From a bacterium (GTDB taxonomy: Bacteria > Hinthialibacterota > Hinthialibacteria > Hinthialibacterales > Hinthialibacteraceae): a stretch of 58,499 nucleotides of DNA. The stretch's first letter is position 1; every line of letters starts with the position of its first letter. The stretch lies in NCBI GenBank assembly GCA_963663405.2, contig CAXXSM010000029.1, forward strand, positions 1-58,499, read 5' to 3'. Below, piece by piece: positions 19,235-29,102 of this stretch. Below the pieces are notes generated by a model. That model saw only the letters and a list, made by a program, of their open reading frames with translations, did no database searches and was not told the DNA's origin. A program made the position numbers and the translations under genes.

Positions 19235-20167
19235 ATGGATTTTTCCAAACTTAAACGAACATCTTTATTCGACCGGAAAAGTTTAGTGGAAGCGCAGGCG
19301 GTTTCCGCGCCACCGCAGGCGCCCGCTTCCTTTCTCGATTTCTGGAACGCGCTGCCCGGTTATCTTAAAGCCAATGATTTACGAACTCTCGTCCATAATA
19401 TCCATACGGCGCGAAGGGAAAAGAAACCTTTTGTATATATGATGGGCGCCCACTCGATTAAAGTCGGTTTGAGCCCGTGGATCATCGAAGGAGTAAAACG
19501 GGGCTATATTACGGCGTTGGCGATGAACGGGGCGTGCGCCGTGCATGATTTTGAATTATCGCTGGCGGGAACGACATCCGAAGATGTAGCGGAATCGCTT
19601 GTGGACGGCAGTTTCGGCATGACCCGCGAAACCGGCGCGACGCTCAACACTTGGATTAAAGAAGCGGCGGATCTCGATCGAGGATTTGGGAATTACGTGG
19701 GCGAACAAATCGCGAAATCCAACGCTGGATATAAACATCTCAGCATTTTCGCCGCCGCGTTCGAAAACCAAATTCCATTAACCGTTCATCTCGGCATGGG
19801 CACAGATGTGATCCACCATCATCCCGAAGCCTCCGGCGCCGCGTTGGGGAAGACGTCGATGGATGATTTCCATACGTTTTGTGATGTGGTGTCGAATATC
19901 GGTGAAGGGGGTGTTGTGATGAATGTCGGTTCGAATGTTCTGCTGCCGGAAGTATTTCTAAAGGCCCTAACCGTGGCGCGGAATATTTGTGGTCCTATTC
20001 ATAATTTTACAACCGCGAATTTCGATATGATTCAGCACTACCGGCCCAACACAAACGTCGTTAAACGGCCTACCATCGGTGGGGGAACCGGCCTGACATT
20101 CACTGGCCATCATGAAATCATGATTCCGTTGCTGTTTACTGCGCTGTTTGAGACCGAACAATTATAG
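19235..20167 (+). CDS. deoxyhypusine-synthase-like protein (GSU2086-type family)
   Basis: MGAHSIKVGL, ALAMNGACAVHDFE, TSEDV...GSFGM..ETG, GTDVIH, LPEVFLKAL, GHHEIMIPLL; GAGGAG RBS. Confidence 0.75.
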   Translation: MDFSKLKRTSLFDRKSLVEAQAVSAPPQAPASFLDFWNALPGYLKANDLRTLVHNIHTARREKKPFVYMMGAHSIKVGLSPWIIEGVKRGYITALAMNGACAVHDFELSLAGTTSEDVAESLVDGSFGMTRETGATLNTWIKEAADLDRGFGNYVGEQIAKSNAGYKHLSIFAAAFENQIPLTVHLGMGTDVIHHHPEASGAALGKTSMDDFHTFCDVVSNIGEGGVVMNVGSNVLLPEVFLKALTVARNICGPIHNFTTANFDMIQHYRPNTNVVKRPTIGGGTGLTFTGHHEIMIPLLFTALFETEQL

Positions 20168-20191
20168 TTTGACGCATATTCACGAATTGAA

Positions 20192-21196
20192 TCACGCTTC
20201 CCAGGCCTCAAACGCGGCGAGAATATTTTGTTTGGGGACTTTCAATCCCCATTCCATCTGGGCGATCACACCTCCGATTCCGTCATCCAAGGCGCTGCGG
20301 ACACGGCGCACCGCTTGCCTGACGTCGTCCGGTGTTCCGAACGGCAGGATTTTCTGCCGATCCAACTCGCCCCAAAATGTAAGTTTACCTTTGTAAGTTT
20401 TAGCGATTTTTTCGATGTCCATGCAGAACAATTGAGCATTTAACGCGTCCACGCCAATATCAATGATATCGGGAAGAATCGATTCGATACAACCATCCGA
20501 GTGCATAAATACTTTTTTCCCTGCTTTTTTAATGATATGAGCAAATTCTTCATATACAGGTTTGAAGACAGTCCGAAACCAGTCAGGAGCGACCAACATG
20601 CCTGTCTGCGATCCCCAATCATCAAAGAAGACAATTGCATCCACACTGGTCTTGGCCCACATTTCCAATTCACGGCAAAAATAATCGCGCAGGATTTCCA
20701 GCAAACGATCAAATTGTTTCACACCGTATCCAATATCCATAAATAAGTTTTCGGTTCCCCGTAGAAATTGCATTCGTTCAAAAAGATTGACATTGGTTCC
20801 CGCGAGAGTAAACGCTTCGGAGTTATCGCAGAATTCATCTACTTGAGAAAGATCAGCGTCTCGCAGAATTTCTTCCGGTGGTTTCCATTGATCCAACGCT
20901 TTCCAATCCGCGAGAGGCGGCCGCTTCACTTCTCCGATGACACCATCCTCGCCCACTTCCCAGCCGCAGCCCCACGCGTCGGTATAGCCGCCGATCCGGT
21001 TCTGTTCGCCTTGTTCCAAACGGCCTTTTCCATACTGAAACGGAGGTCGTGTGAAATCCAGCGGATATCGTTTCAACACGTCCCGCACTTCATCCGCATG
21101 CGACTGGTCAACGCCTGGAAGCCGCCAGAGATCTCGTGGAGGTCGGTCAGGAGATTGAAACTCCAATGCGCGATAGACGCGTTCTTTAGAATTCAT
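20192..21196 (-). CDS. uroporphyrinogen decarboxylase (URO-D/MtaA-CmuA) family protein
   Basis: MNSKERV...PDRPP, DAWG, LFERMQFLRG, DDWGSQ, HSDG, FWGELDRQ..LPFGTPDDV. Start re-called to 21196. Confidence 0.85.
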   Translation of the reverse strand: MNSKERVYRALEFQSPDRPPRDLWRLPGVDQSHADEVRDVLKRYPLDFTRPPFQYGKGRLEQGEQNRIGGYTDAWGCGWEVGEDGVIGEVKRPPLADWKALDQWKPPEEILRDADLSQVDEFCDNSEAFTLAGTNVNLFERMQFLRGTENLFMDIGYGVKQFDRLLEILRDYFCRELEMWAKTSVDAIVFFDDWGSQTGMLVAPDWFRTVFKPVYEEFAHIIKKAGKKVFMHSDGCIESILPDIIDIGVDALNAQLFCMDIEKIAKTYKGKLTFWGELDRQKILPFGTPDDVRQAVRRVRSALDDGIGGVIAQMEWGLKVPKQNILAAFEAWEA

Positions 21197-21458
21197 GGGT
21201 GATTCATCGTTAAGCCTATCCTGGGAGCGATTATTTTTCATATAAACTATCCTAATTGAGATCACAACGTGTAAATAAAATGAGTTACAATAAGAAATTA
21301 AAAAAAGAGAGAGCCGAAGAAACTCATTTCATCCAAATAATCCTTGTAGAAATCTAATACTTGTAGAATACCACTCTTATTTTTAGCGGTATATAGCAGT
21401 ACTCTATTCATATCAAAAACATATCTAGAATTCAATTGTTCACTAGAGGTAAAATCGA

Positions 21459-24400
21459 ATGATTAGATCAACAGGATGGCTTATAATCGTGGCAGCGTTA
21501 TCTCTCACTCAATCGACCCCCAGCGGTTTTGCCGGGAATCCGGCGGAACAACGAATTTCAACCTTGGCGGAAGTGCGCGAACAATTTTCCGATCCACCCG
21601 CCGCGTACCGCCCTGCCCCGCTTTACGTTTGGAACGATGACATGCAGGAAGAGGAACTCGCCCGTCAATTGGATGAATTTAAAAAACAAGGATATGGTGG
21701 AGTTTTCGTTCATCCACGGCCGGGCCTAATCACTCCCTACCTTTCGGAACGCTGGCTGGAACTCTGGCGTTTCACGGCGGAGGAGGCGGAAAAAAGAGGG
21801 ATGGTCACTTACATCTACGACGAAAACAGTTATCCTTCTGGATTCGCGGGCGGCCATGTGCCCGAACGGATGCCCGAGGCGCGGCAGGTCTCTCTCCGCC
21901 GCCAGGAGTTTTCGCCCGATCAACTCGACCGCCTCGTTGTCAATGCCAATACTATCGCGCTCTACCGGCTCTCTCCCTCAAATGATTCTCCTTACGTACG
22001 CCTTCCCCTCCCGAAACTCGCTGAGGGGGAGAAAAAAACCGCGAAAGATCTTGGACTCGAACCAAACTCCTATATTGTCTATAGCAGGCAATACGGAAAC
22101 AGTTCGCCTTGGTATGGCGGGCGTTTCTTTGTTGATCTAATGCGTCCTGGCGTAGGAGACGCGTTTCTCGATATTACATTCGGCGCGTACGATAAAGCGC
22201 TGTCGGATCTCTATGGCAAAACCGTTCTCGCGTGTTTTACGGATGAACCCCAGGTCGCTGGATGCTGGTCATCCGCGATTCCTTCAGCGTTTCAGGAGCG
22301 TTGGGGATACGATATTCTCGATCACCTTCCCTCCATCCACGCGGATGCAGGAGATTGGCGGCGCGTGCGGCACGATTACGCCCAGACCATCCTCGATCTC
22401 TTCATGAATAATTTCGCAAAGCCCTATTACGAAGCCTGCGAAAAACGCGGTCTGCCATCAACCGGTCACATCTGGGAACATGGATGGCCGAATTTAACGC
22501 ACAATCCCGATATCATGAGTTACAACTCTTGGCAGCATTGGCCGGGCATCGATTGTCTAATGAATCAATACAGTGAAGGCCCCAATGCCCAGTTCGGCAA
22601 TTACCGCGCCAACAAAGAAATTGACAGCATCGCCAATCAATTCGGACGGATTCGGAAATTATGCGAAACCTACGGCGCGGGTGGATGGGAATTGACCTTT
22701 GAAGATATGAAACGGATCGGCGACCATCTCTACGCGGGCGGCGTCAATCTGCTTAACCCACACCTCAGTTATTACACCATACGCGGCGCCCGGAAACGCG
22801 ATCATCCCCAATCGTTCTCTTACCATGCCCCCTATTGGGAAGCCTATCACATATCGATGGATTATTTCGGCCGCCTCTCATGGACCCTCGCAGGAGGTAA
22901 GGAAAAAAATCCCATTCTCGTTATCGAACCGACAACAACAATGTGGATGTATAACTGGAGCCCTTCTCAACAGAAAACACTAGACATTTTAGGACCGGCG
23001 TTTCAGCGTTTTGTCACCAAATTAGGCGCTTCTCAAGTCGCTTTTGACCTTGGCAGCGAACCGGTCATGGCCCGAATCGCTTCGGTAAAAGGGAAGCAAT
23101 TGATCGTGGGAGAATGCGCTTATGATGTAGTGATCCTCCCTCCTGGACTTGAAAACTTGGAACGTTCCACCGTAAACCTTTTGGAAGAATACGCGGAACA
23201 AGGAGGCGAGATTATCAGCCTTGTCGGCGTTCCGGCGTATGTTGAGGGCCGTCCGGATAAATCAGCCAATCGCATCAAAGAAAAAGCCGGTTCCTGTTGG
23301 AGTGAAGACGATCTTCCTCCTTCCGAATTGCAACGCCGGTGGGGTAACGGTGGCTTACAGATCACATCATCCCCCCCAAAAAACGGGCGCGTCTTTCATT
23401 ACACGCGTGAATTTGAGGATGGGTATTTACTATTTCTCGCCAATTCCAGTATGGAAGAAGCGTCAAAAGGAAGCGTCGAAGTTACGTGCAAGCGAGTAGA
23501 AAAATGGAATCCAGCGAATGGAAACCGGTGTTCGATCGATGCGAAGAGTAAAGACAATGGACTATCGCGACGCAGCTGGGACTTTGACCTTCCTCCAGCG
23601 GGCAGCGCTCTTTTCGCCATCTATACACAAGAGGATGAAGACGTTGCTCCCACTGTTCGTCCTACAGTTTCAAGCAAACCCGTCGAACTGTCCGGCAAAT
23701 TGAAAATCGAAGCGCTTGAAGCCAACGTACTCCCACTGGATTACGTTGATTTAGTCTTGAAAGGCGAATTGACAGAAGGACTTTATTTCTACGACGCCCA
23801 AACGCGGATTTACCAGGCGCATGGATTTGATAAAAATCCGTGGGACAGCGCCGTTCAGTTCAAAGATGAAATCCTGCAAAAAGATCACTTCCCGGATGAT
23901 TCCGGATTCGAACTGCGGTATCCGTTCACCATTGGCGCATTCGAGACCATGCCAGATTTAAAGGCAGTGGTCGAACGGGGCGATCGATATTCAGTGGAAA
24001 TCAACGGTCAGGTTGTTGAACCAGAGAAAGGTGAATGGTACTTAGATCAATCTTTCACGGTATATAATATGAAGCCCGAGTGGCTGCACAAAGGCCGCAA
24101 TACGCTAACGACCAAGGCCTCTCCATTCACTCTTCATCACGAACCCGAATCCGTTTACATTCTCGGCGATTTCAATCTTGCCAGCGCTGAAAAAGGGTGG
24201 ACAATCGAAGTTCCGAAGCCTCTTGATTTAGGCCCCTGGTCGAATCAAGGCCGCCCCTGTTATCCAGGGAAAGTGGCGTATTCACAAACATTGAAATGTG
24301 AAAATAACGCCGGCGCAGATTTCTTTGTCGAACTGCAGGATTGGAAAGGCACGGTGGCGCGTGTGGATGTAAACGGTGAAACCGCAGGCTACATTGGATG

Positions 24401-24641
24401 GAGACCCTGGCGTCTGGAGATTACGGATCATCTCCAAACCGGTGAAAATACAATCTCAGTTGTAGTGTTTGGAAGCTTGAAAAATCTCCTTGGACCGCAT
24501 CACAACAATCCTGGACGCGGCGCGGCTTGGCCATCCATGTTTCACCGGGGTCCCAAAGAGGGACAGCCCGCAGGAGATCAGTATGATGTGATTGACTATG
24601 GTCTTACTGCGCCATTCAACATTATTCAAGCGAATCACTGA
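21459..24641 (+). CDS. secreted glycoside hydrolase, GH106 (alpha-L-rhamnosidase)-like
   Basis: Signal peptide; F.DPP..YRP, HPRPGL, YDENSYPSGFAGG, FTDEP, PGID, CETYG, C-terminal beta-sandwich. Confidence 0.8.
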   Translation: MIRSTGWLIIVAALSLTQSTPSGFAGNPAEQRISTLAEVREQFSDPPAAYRPAPLYVWNDDMQEEELARQLDEFKKQGYGGVFVHPRPGLITPYLSERWLELWRFTAEEAEKRGMVTYIYDENSYPSGFAGGHVPERMPEARQVSLRRQEFSPDQLDRLVVNANTIALYRLSPSNDSPYVRLPLPKLAEGEKKTAKDLGLEPNSYIVYSRQYGNSSPWYGGRFFVDLMRPGVGDAFLDITFGAYDKALSDLYGKTVLACFTDEPQVAGCWSSAIPSAFQERWGYDILDHLPSIHADAGDWRRVRHDYAQTILDLFMNNFAKPYYEACEKRGLPSTGHIWEHGWPNLTHNPDIMSYNSWQHWPGIDCLMNQYSEGPNAQFGNYRANKEIDSIANQFGRIRKLCETYGAGGWELTFEDMKRIGDHLYAGGVNLLNPHLSYYTIRGARKRDHPQSFSYHAPYWEAYHISMDYFGRLSWTLAGGKEKNPILVIEPTTTMWMYNWSPSQQKTLDILGPAFQRFVTKLGASQVAFDLGSEPVMARIASVKGKQLIVGECAYDVVILPPGLENLERSTVNLLEEYAEQGGEIISLVGVPAYVEGRPDKSANRIKEKAGSCWSEDDLPPSELQRRWGNGGLQITSSPPKNGRVFHYTREFEDGYLLFLANSSMEEASKGSVEVTCKRVEKWNPANGNRCSIDAKSKDNGLSRRSWDFDLPPAGSALFAIYTQEDEDVAPTVRPTVSSKPVELSGKLKIEALEANVLPLDYVDLVLKGELTEGLYFYDAQTRIYQAHGFDKNPWDSAVQFKDEILQKDHFPDDSGFELRYPFTIGAFETMPDLKAVVERGDRYSVEINGQVVEPEKGEWYLDQSFTVYNMKPEWLHKGRNTLTTKASPFTLHHEPESVYILGDFNLASAEKGWTIEVPKPLDLGPWSNQGRPCYPGKVAYSQTLKCENNAGADFFVELQDWKGTVARVDVNGETAGYIGWRPWRLEITDHLQTGENTISVVVFGSLKNLLGPHHNNPGRGAAWPSMFHRGPKEGQPAGDQYDVIDYGLTAPFNIIQANH

Positions 24642-24778
24642 TTTTTTGTACGGCGCATCCGCGCTCTATTTACTCATTTCCTTCCATTCCACCCCTTATG
24701 GATCGAACAATGATCGATTATGATCTGTCAATCACAATTTGACAGAATGCTAATATTTGTTTATGCCAGGAGGATTCA

Positions 24779-26386
24779 ATGACCGGCGCTCTCATCGATT
24801 ATATCATCTTTTTTGGGTATTTCATCTTCGTAATAGGAATCGCGATTTGGGTTTCGACAAAACCCAAGGGCGAAGATAGAACCTCGGAAGATTTCTTTCT
24901 CGCGGGCCGCGCGTTGCCGTGGTGGATCATCGGCGCGTCGCTGATCGCGTCTAATATCTCGGCGGAACAGATGATCGCTATGGCGGGTTCAACGTTCGCC
25001 GGCGGCATTGCGATCATCTCCTACGAATGGATGGCGGCGGTCACGCTGCTCATCGTCGCGAAATGGTTTCTGCCGATCTTTTTGAAAATGCGGATTTTCA
25101 GTATGCCCCAATACTTGGAGCGCCGCTTTGATGGGCGAGTGAGTTCCAGTTTGGGCGTCTTTTGGTTACTTGTATATGTATTCGTCAACTTGACGACGGT
25201 GATGTATCTCGGCGCGCTGACGTTGAATATTGTGATGGGATTTCCATTGCAATGGGGAATTATCATGCTCGCCTGCATCTCCGCGGTCTATACAATTTAT
25301 GGAGGATTATCCGCGGTCGCATGGACGGATTTCGTCCAAGTGAGCACATTGTTCATCGGGGGCTTGGTCGTAACCTTTTTCGGTCTCTCCGCGGTGGGAA
25401 ATGGCGAAGGATTGTTAGCAGGATGGAACAATCTTCTCGAACAGGCGCCGGATCATTTTCATACGATGATGGCTTGGGATCATAACTTGTATCCCTGGAT
25501 CGGCGTCTTCTTCGGAGGCTTGTGGATCGCGAATCTCAGTTATTGGGGCTGCAATCAATATATCATTCAGCGCGCGCTCGCCGCGAAGAATGTGCGTGAA
25601 GCCCAACACGGATTAGTCTTTGCCGCGTTCCTGAAAATTATCGTCCCTTTGATCGCCGTTCTGCCGGGTGTGATCGCTGTCGTCCTCTTTTCCGATACCA
25701 TCAAAAAAGCGGACCAGACCTACGCCACGTTAATCGTTGAACTGATTCCTCCCGGATTCACTGGTATCATTATCGCCGCGCTGATCGCCGCAATCGTTTC
25801 ATCCCTCAATTCGATGACCAACAGTTCGGCAACGATCTTCACGATGGATATATACCGCAAAATCCGGCCAAACGCTTCTGAAAAGGAACTCGTCCGCACG
25901 GGGAGGATCACCTCGGCGGTGGCGTTGATCATCGCAATTCTAATCGCGCCCGCGATGACCAATTTGAAAGAAGCGTTTCAATACATTCAGGAATATACGG
26001 GATTTGTCTCCCCCGGTGTCGTCGCGATCTTTATGTTCGGCCTCTTCTGGAAGCGCGCCACATCCACCGCCGCGCTCTGGATGGCGATCCTAACTATCCC
26101 ACTTTCCACAATGTTTAAATTCATGCCGAAATTCTTGAACTGGGCGATGCCTGATTTCACGATCGCCACAACAATCGCCGCCTTTATCGATCCATTCCTG
26201 AACCGTATGGGACTGACGTTTCTCCTTCTCGCATTGATTGGGTATATCATCTCGATCAAATCAAAACAACCAGTCACTGAAAAAAAAGAATTCAAAATCG
26301 AGTCGTATCAAACTTCCGCGATTTTCAACGTCTGCGCAATTCTTATTCTTGGCGTTCTTTCCGCGCTGTACCTTATCTTCTGGTAA
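24779..26386 (+). CDS. sodium/sugar symporter (SSS family)
   Basis: FFLAGRALPWW..GASLIASNISAE, YWGCNQYIIQRALAA, AAIVSSLNSM; many TMs; AGGAGG RBS. Confidence 0.93.
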   Translation: MTGALIDYIIFFGYFIFVIGIAIWVSTKPKGEDRTSEDFFLAGRALPWWIIGASLIASNISAEQMIAMAGSTFAGGIAIISYEWMAAVTLLIVAKWFLPIFLKMRIFSMPQYLERRFDGRVSSSLGVFWLLVYVFVNLTTVMYLGALTLNIVMGFPLQWGIIMLACISAVYTIYGGLSAVAWTDFVQVSTLFIGGLVVTFFGLSAVGNGEGLLAGWNNLLEQAPDHFHTMMAWDHNLYPWIGVFFGGLWIANLSYWGCNQYIIQRALAAKNVREAQHGLVFAAFLKIIVPLIAVLPGVIAVVLFSDTIKKADQTYATLIVELIPPGFTGIIIAALIAAIVSSLNSMTNSSATIFTMDIYRKIRPNASEKELVRTGRITSAVALIIAILIAPAMTNLKEAFQYIQEYTGFVSPGVVAIFMFGLFWKRATSTAALWMAILTIPLSTMFKFMPKFLNWAMPDFTIATTIAAFIDPFLNRMGLTFLLLALIGYIISIKSKQPVTEKKEFKIESYQTSAIFNVCAILILGVLSALYLIFW

Positions 26387-26459
26387 AAAAACCTCTTTTA
26401 TCAATTAATAAACCTGTGCGCCAAGAGCAAGATTTGATTTTGTTCTTGCCCTTCATTCT

Positions 26460-28598
26460 TTACCCTTCATTCTTCAGCCTCGAAGATATCCGGATTTCAT
26501 CGATGGATATGAAACCTTCAATCACATCCACCACATCCCGTGTTTGGACGCGCAGGATAAATGTAAAACGAGCGGGATCATTGCTTGATTTTTCCTGTAA
26601 AAACGCATTCGACTCATGAAGGACGATACGCCGCCAGTGAAAATTTGTGTTGACGACTTCAGGCTCAATAGCGCTCCACTGGATTTTTTTCCCGAACGCG
26701 TGGATTTCTACATCCATCGTCTCGATCATCTCCGCTCGCTGGCAATGCAGCCAAAACGTCAGCGTTAAAGGAGAGGCTGGATTGGAGGTTGGATCGATAG
26801 GCCCTTCGAAATGAAAAACTTGCGGCTCTGAGTTCCAATGAAGGGGACGTGTGACAAATCCAACTCCCTGGCCATAAGGCACACGTTGATGAGTATATTC
26901 AGTTTCAGGTATCCAGCCTGTAGTGGTGTCACAATCGAAAACAGCATGGATTTTCCATTGTTCCGGTTGGAAATAGGGATCTTTCATACACGCCTGCGAG
27001 GGCGCGGGCGCGTTCTCCGGCAGCCAGATGTTGAGCGGTGTTTCTGAGGGCAGGTAACGATAGTGCTGAAGAGTGTACGCTTCCAACCGGCGTTCTTTGG
27101 AGCCGCTGGGCGGTTCCGTAACGAGACCAACCGGAAAGTGATGCGAGAGAATCAGAGCGAGATACGTCTCGGCGCCAAGCTGTTCGCCAACGTCAATGTA
27201 TAGCCTTCCCCAAGATCGGATACCGCATAATTCGTAGATAACGCGGGGCAGCAAAACGCGGATGGGATCATCATACAAGACTTGGTTGTATTCAACTTGC
27301 AAAAAACAGAGACGCGCCGAGGCGTAGATGGATAGAGCAAACACAATCGATAAGAGACCGGGGATAAGACGCGTCCATTGGATTTTCCATTGAAAACAAG
27401 AGATTGGCTTCCATTGTAATAAAGCGCGCACACTTTCATATATCACCATCCCCAAAAGCAGAGACGCCGCCACCGCCGCGTCCGTGGCGTATGCGGGATT
27501 CCGAATCGACAACAGCGACAGTGGCCAGAACGACGCCCCCAGCCATATTAAAGGCGCTGCGTATCCCCCACGCAAACCCGTGAACCATAGTCCATGAACA
27601 AAGATCGTGGAAGCCAGCGAAACAGATTGATCTAAGGGAATTGCGATTGAATGGCTCCAAATCAATCCTGCGAAAGCGGCGGTTAATGTAAATAAGAATG
27701 GAATAATTCGATTCCGTCCATCCGCGAAGAAAGACAGTGATGTGAACGTAATACAGATCGCATTTGTAATGCTATTCCCCCATATGTATTGGGAGTAGTA
27801 CGCGGCGTCAACTGTAAATTGCTTCAAGTTTGCGTAACTCCAGGAATGAAACGCGTAGGAGGTGAGTGAAGAGGAACTGAAGAAGAAAAGCCCCCCAAAC
27901 AAAGCCACGCCCGTCAACGCTTTGATTTTCGAACGGATTGTCAGTGAAGGAGAAAATAGAATGTACACGCCAGCAGTCAATGGCAGGCAAAAACGGGCCG
28001 ACTCTTTACACAGACACGCGCAAAGAAAGAAAACGACAAATAGGATGACGGATTTTCTCTGAGGATTGGTGGAATAACACTGCAACGCTGACAGCGCCGC
28101 CAATTGAAACACAATGCTGCCGGTGGAACTGAGCCAGCTTTTCCATAAGATCAACTGCCAGCTGGCGGTAAACGAGAAAAAAAGGAGACAAGCGAAAAAG
28201 CCAGCAATGGGAGCCGCGGCTCTTCGATTCCACATGTATAGGAGAACAGGGATAAAGAGCCACCAGACGCCTGATGCGATCTGATGCAGAAATGGATCCA
28301 CACCGAAAAACATATAGTGCAGCCACCAGATCAATTCATTGACGGGACGGTAATAATTCGCGAACAAAGGAGGATCGAGAAACGCCATCCAGGGCGCCAT
28401 TGAACGTTCGTAACACCACCAGAGATACCGCAAGTCATCGGTAAGGAAGAGAAATCCTGACGTCCGGCAGACGAACAGAACACCGATTGAAAAGACGCAG
28501 GTCAGCATGAAAAGATCGGGACGTTCCCAATTGCTTCGCCTCTTGGCCCATTCGTCAATAACCGCTTGATAAAACTTGCTGAATTTCGATACTTTCAT
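26460..28598 (-). CDS. polytopic membrane protein, possible GT-C-fold glycosyltransferase
   Basis: TDD after the first TM, NYYRP motif, LCKES, about 12 hydrophobic segments and a soluble C-terminal domain. Confidence 0.55.
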   Translation of the reverse strand: MKVSKFSKFYQAVIDEWAKRRSNWERPDLFMLTCVFSIGVLFVCRTSGFLFLTDDLRYLWWCYERSMAPWMAFLDPPLFANYYRPVNELIWWLHYMFFGVDPFLHQIASGVWWLFIPVLLYMWNRRAAAPIAGFFACLLFFSFTASWQLILWKSWLSSTGSIVFQLAALSALQCYSTNPQRKSVILFVVFFLCACLCKESARFCLPLTAGVYILFSPSLTIRSKIKALTGVALFGGLFFFSSSSLTSYAFHSWSYANLKQFTVDAAYYSQYIWGNSITNAICITFTSLSFFADGRNRIIPFLFTLTAAFAGLIWSHSIAIPLDQSVSLASTIFVHGLWFTGLRGGYAAPLIWLGASFWPLSLLSIRNPAYATDAAVAASLLLGMVIYESVRALLQWKPISCFQWKIQWTRLIPGLLSIVFALSIYASARLCFLQVEYNQVLYDDPIRVLLPRVIYELCGIRSWGRLYIDVGEQLGAETYLALILSHHFPVGLVTEPPSGSKERRLEAYTLQHYRYLPSETPLNIWLPENAPAPSQACMKDPYFQPEQWKIHAVFDCDTTTGWIPETEYTHQRVPYGQGVGFVTRPLHWNSEPQVFHFEGPIDPTSNPASPLTLTFWLHCQRAEMIETMDVEIHAFGKKIQWSAIEPEVVNTNFHWRRIVLHESNAFLQEKSSNDPARFTFILRVQTRDVVDVIEGFISIDEIRISSRLKNEG

Positions 28599-28826
28599 TC
28601 AATCTCGATTCTTCTAAAAAATGAATTTTCGCCCCTTTCACTGAGGGTATAGAGTAGAAGATTTCAAATTGAGAAAGAAGGTCTCAATCCCTACCAAATC
28701 TGCTATTCGCGACCAGAAGAACGATAACTGTCTTCATAGAACGATGAAATTCTGTCATCTTGAATCAATGAAAAGTGAAGTGAAAAAATCAATTGTTTTC
28801 ATACTCGTTGTTTCTTATAATGAAGG

Positions 28827-28994
28827 TAAACCATCATGATTAAGATTAAAACCGTAAATGAAAATGAGTTGCAGTAGGGCGCCTCATGCTTTATCGACTC
28901 ACCGGGAATGATTCACGAAATTGGCGCCTCATTAAGACGCGACCCACTCTACATGCTAGAACGAGGAATTCTCTGGAACTCATTTTCATATAAA
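28827..28994. repeat. TAAA-bounded hairpin repeat, copy 1 (interrupted by a REPIN)
   Basis: TAAACCATCATGAT...ATGAAAATGAGTT...AACTCATTTTCATATAAA; homologous to 28991-29084 and 50586-50680. Confidence 0.85.
28874..28952 (+). repeat. GTAG-type REP doublet (REPIN-like)
   Basis: GTAGGGCG...GCTTTATCGACTCACC...GCGCCTCATTAAGACGCGACCCACTCTAC; aligns with the reverse complement of 57539-57631. Confidence 0.75.
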
Positions 28995-29084
28995 CCATCA
29001 TGATCGAGATCACAACTGCAAATGAAAATGAGTCGCGGGAGTGTTTGCGAATGAGGAAGTACAAGGGACTCATTTTCATATAAA
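28991..29084. repeat. TAAA-bounded hairpin repeat, copy 2
   Basis: Tandem with copy 1, sharing TAAA at 28991-28994; 13-bp stem ATGAAAATGAGTC/GACTCATTTTCAT. Confidence 0.85.
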
Positions 29085-29102
29085 AAACCGGAGGGAAAGA
29101 AT

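Noticed and set aside
28891-29079. 62-aa ORF with repeated MKMS
   Set aside because: Translation artefact of the tandem DNA repeat.
28827-29084. Possible CRISPR array or integron attC sites
   Set aside because: Only two ~95-bp tandem units with no unique spacers, no cas or integrase gene, and no RYYYAAC/GTTRRRY boxes.
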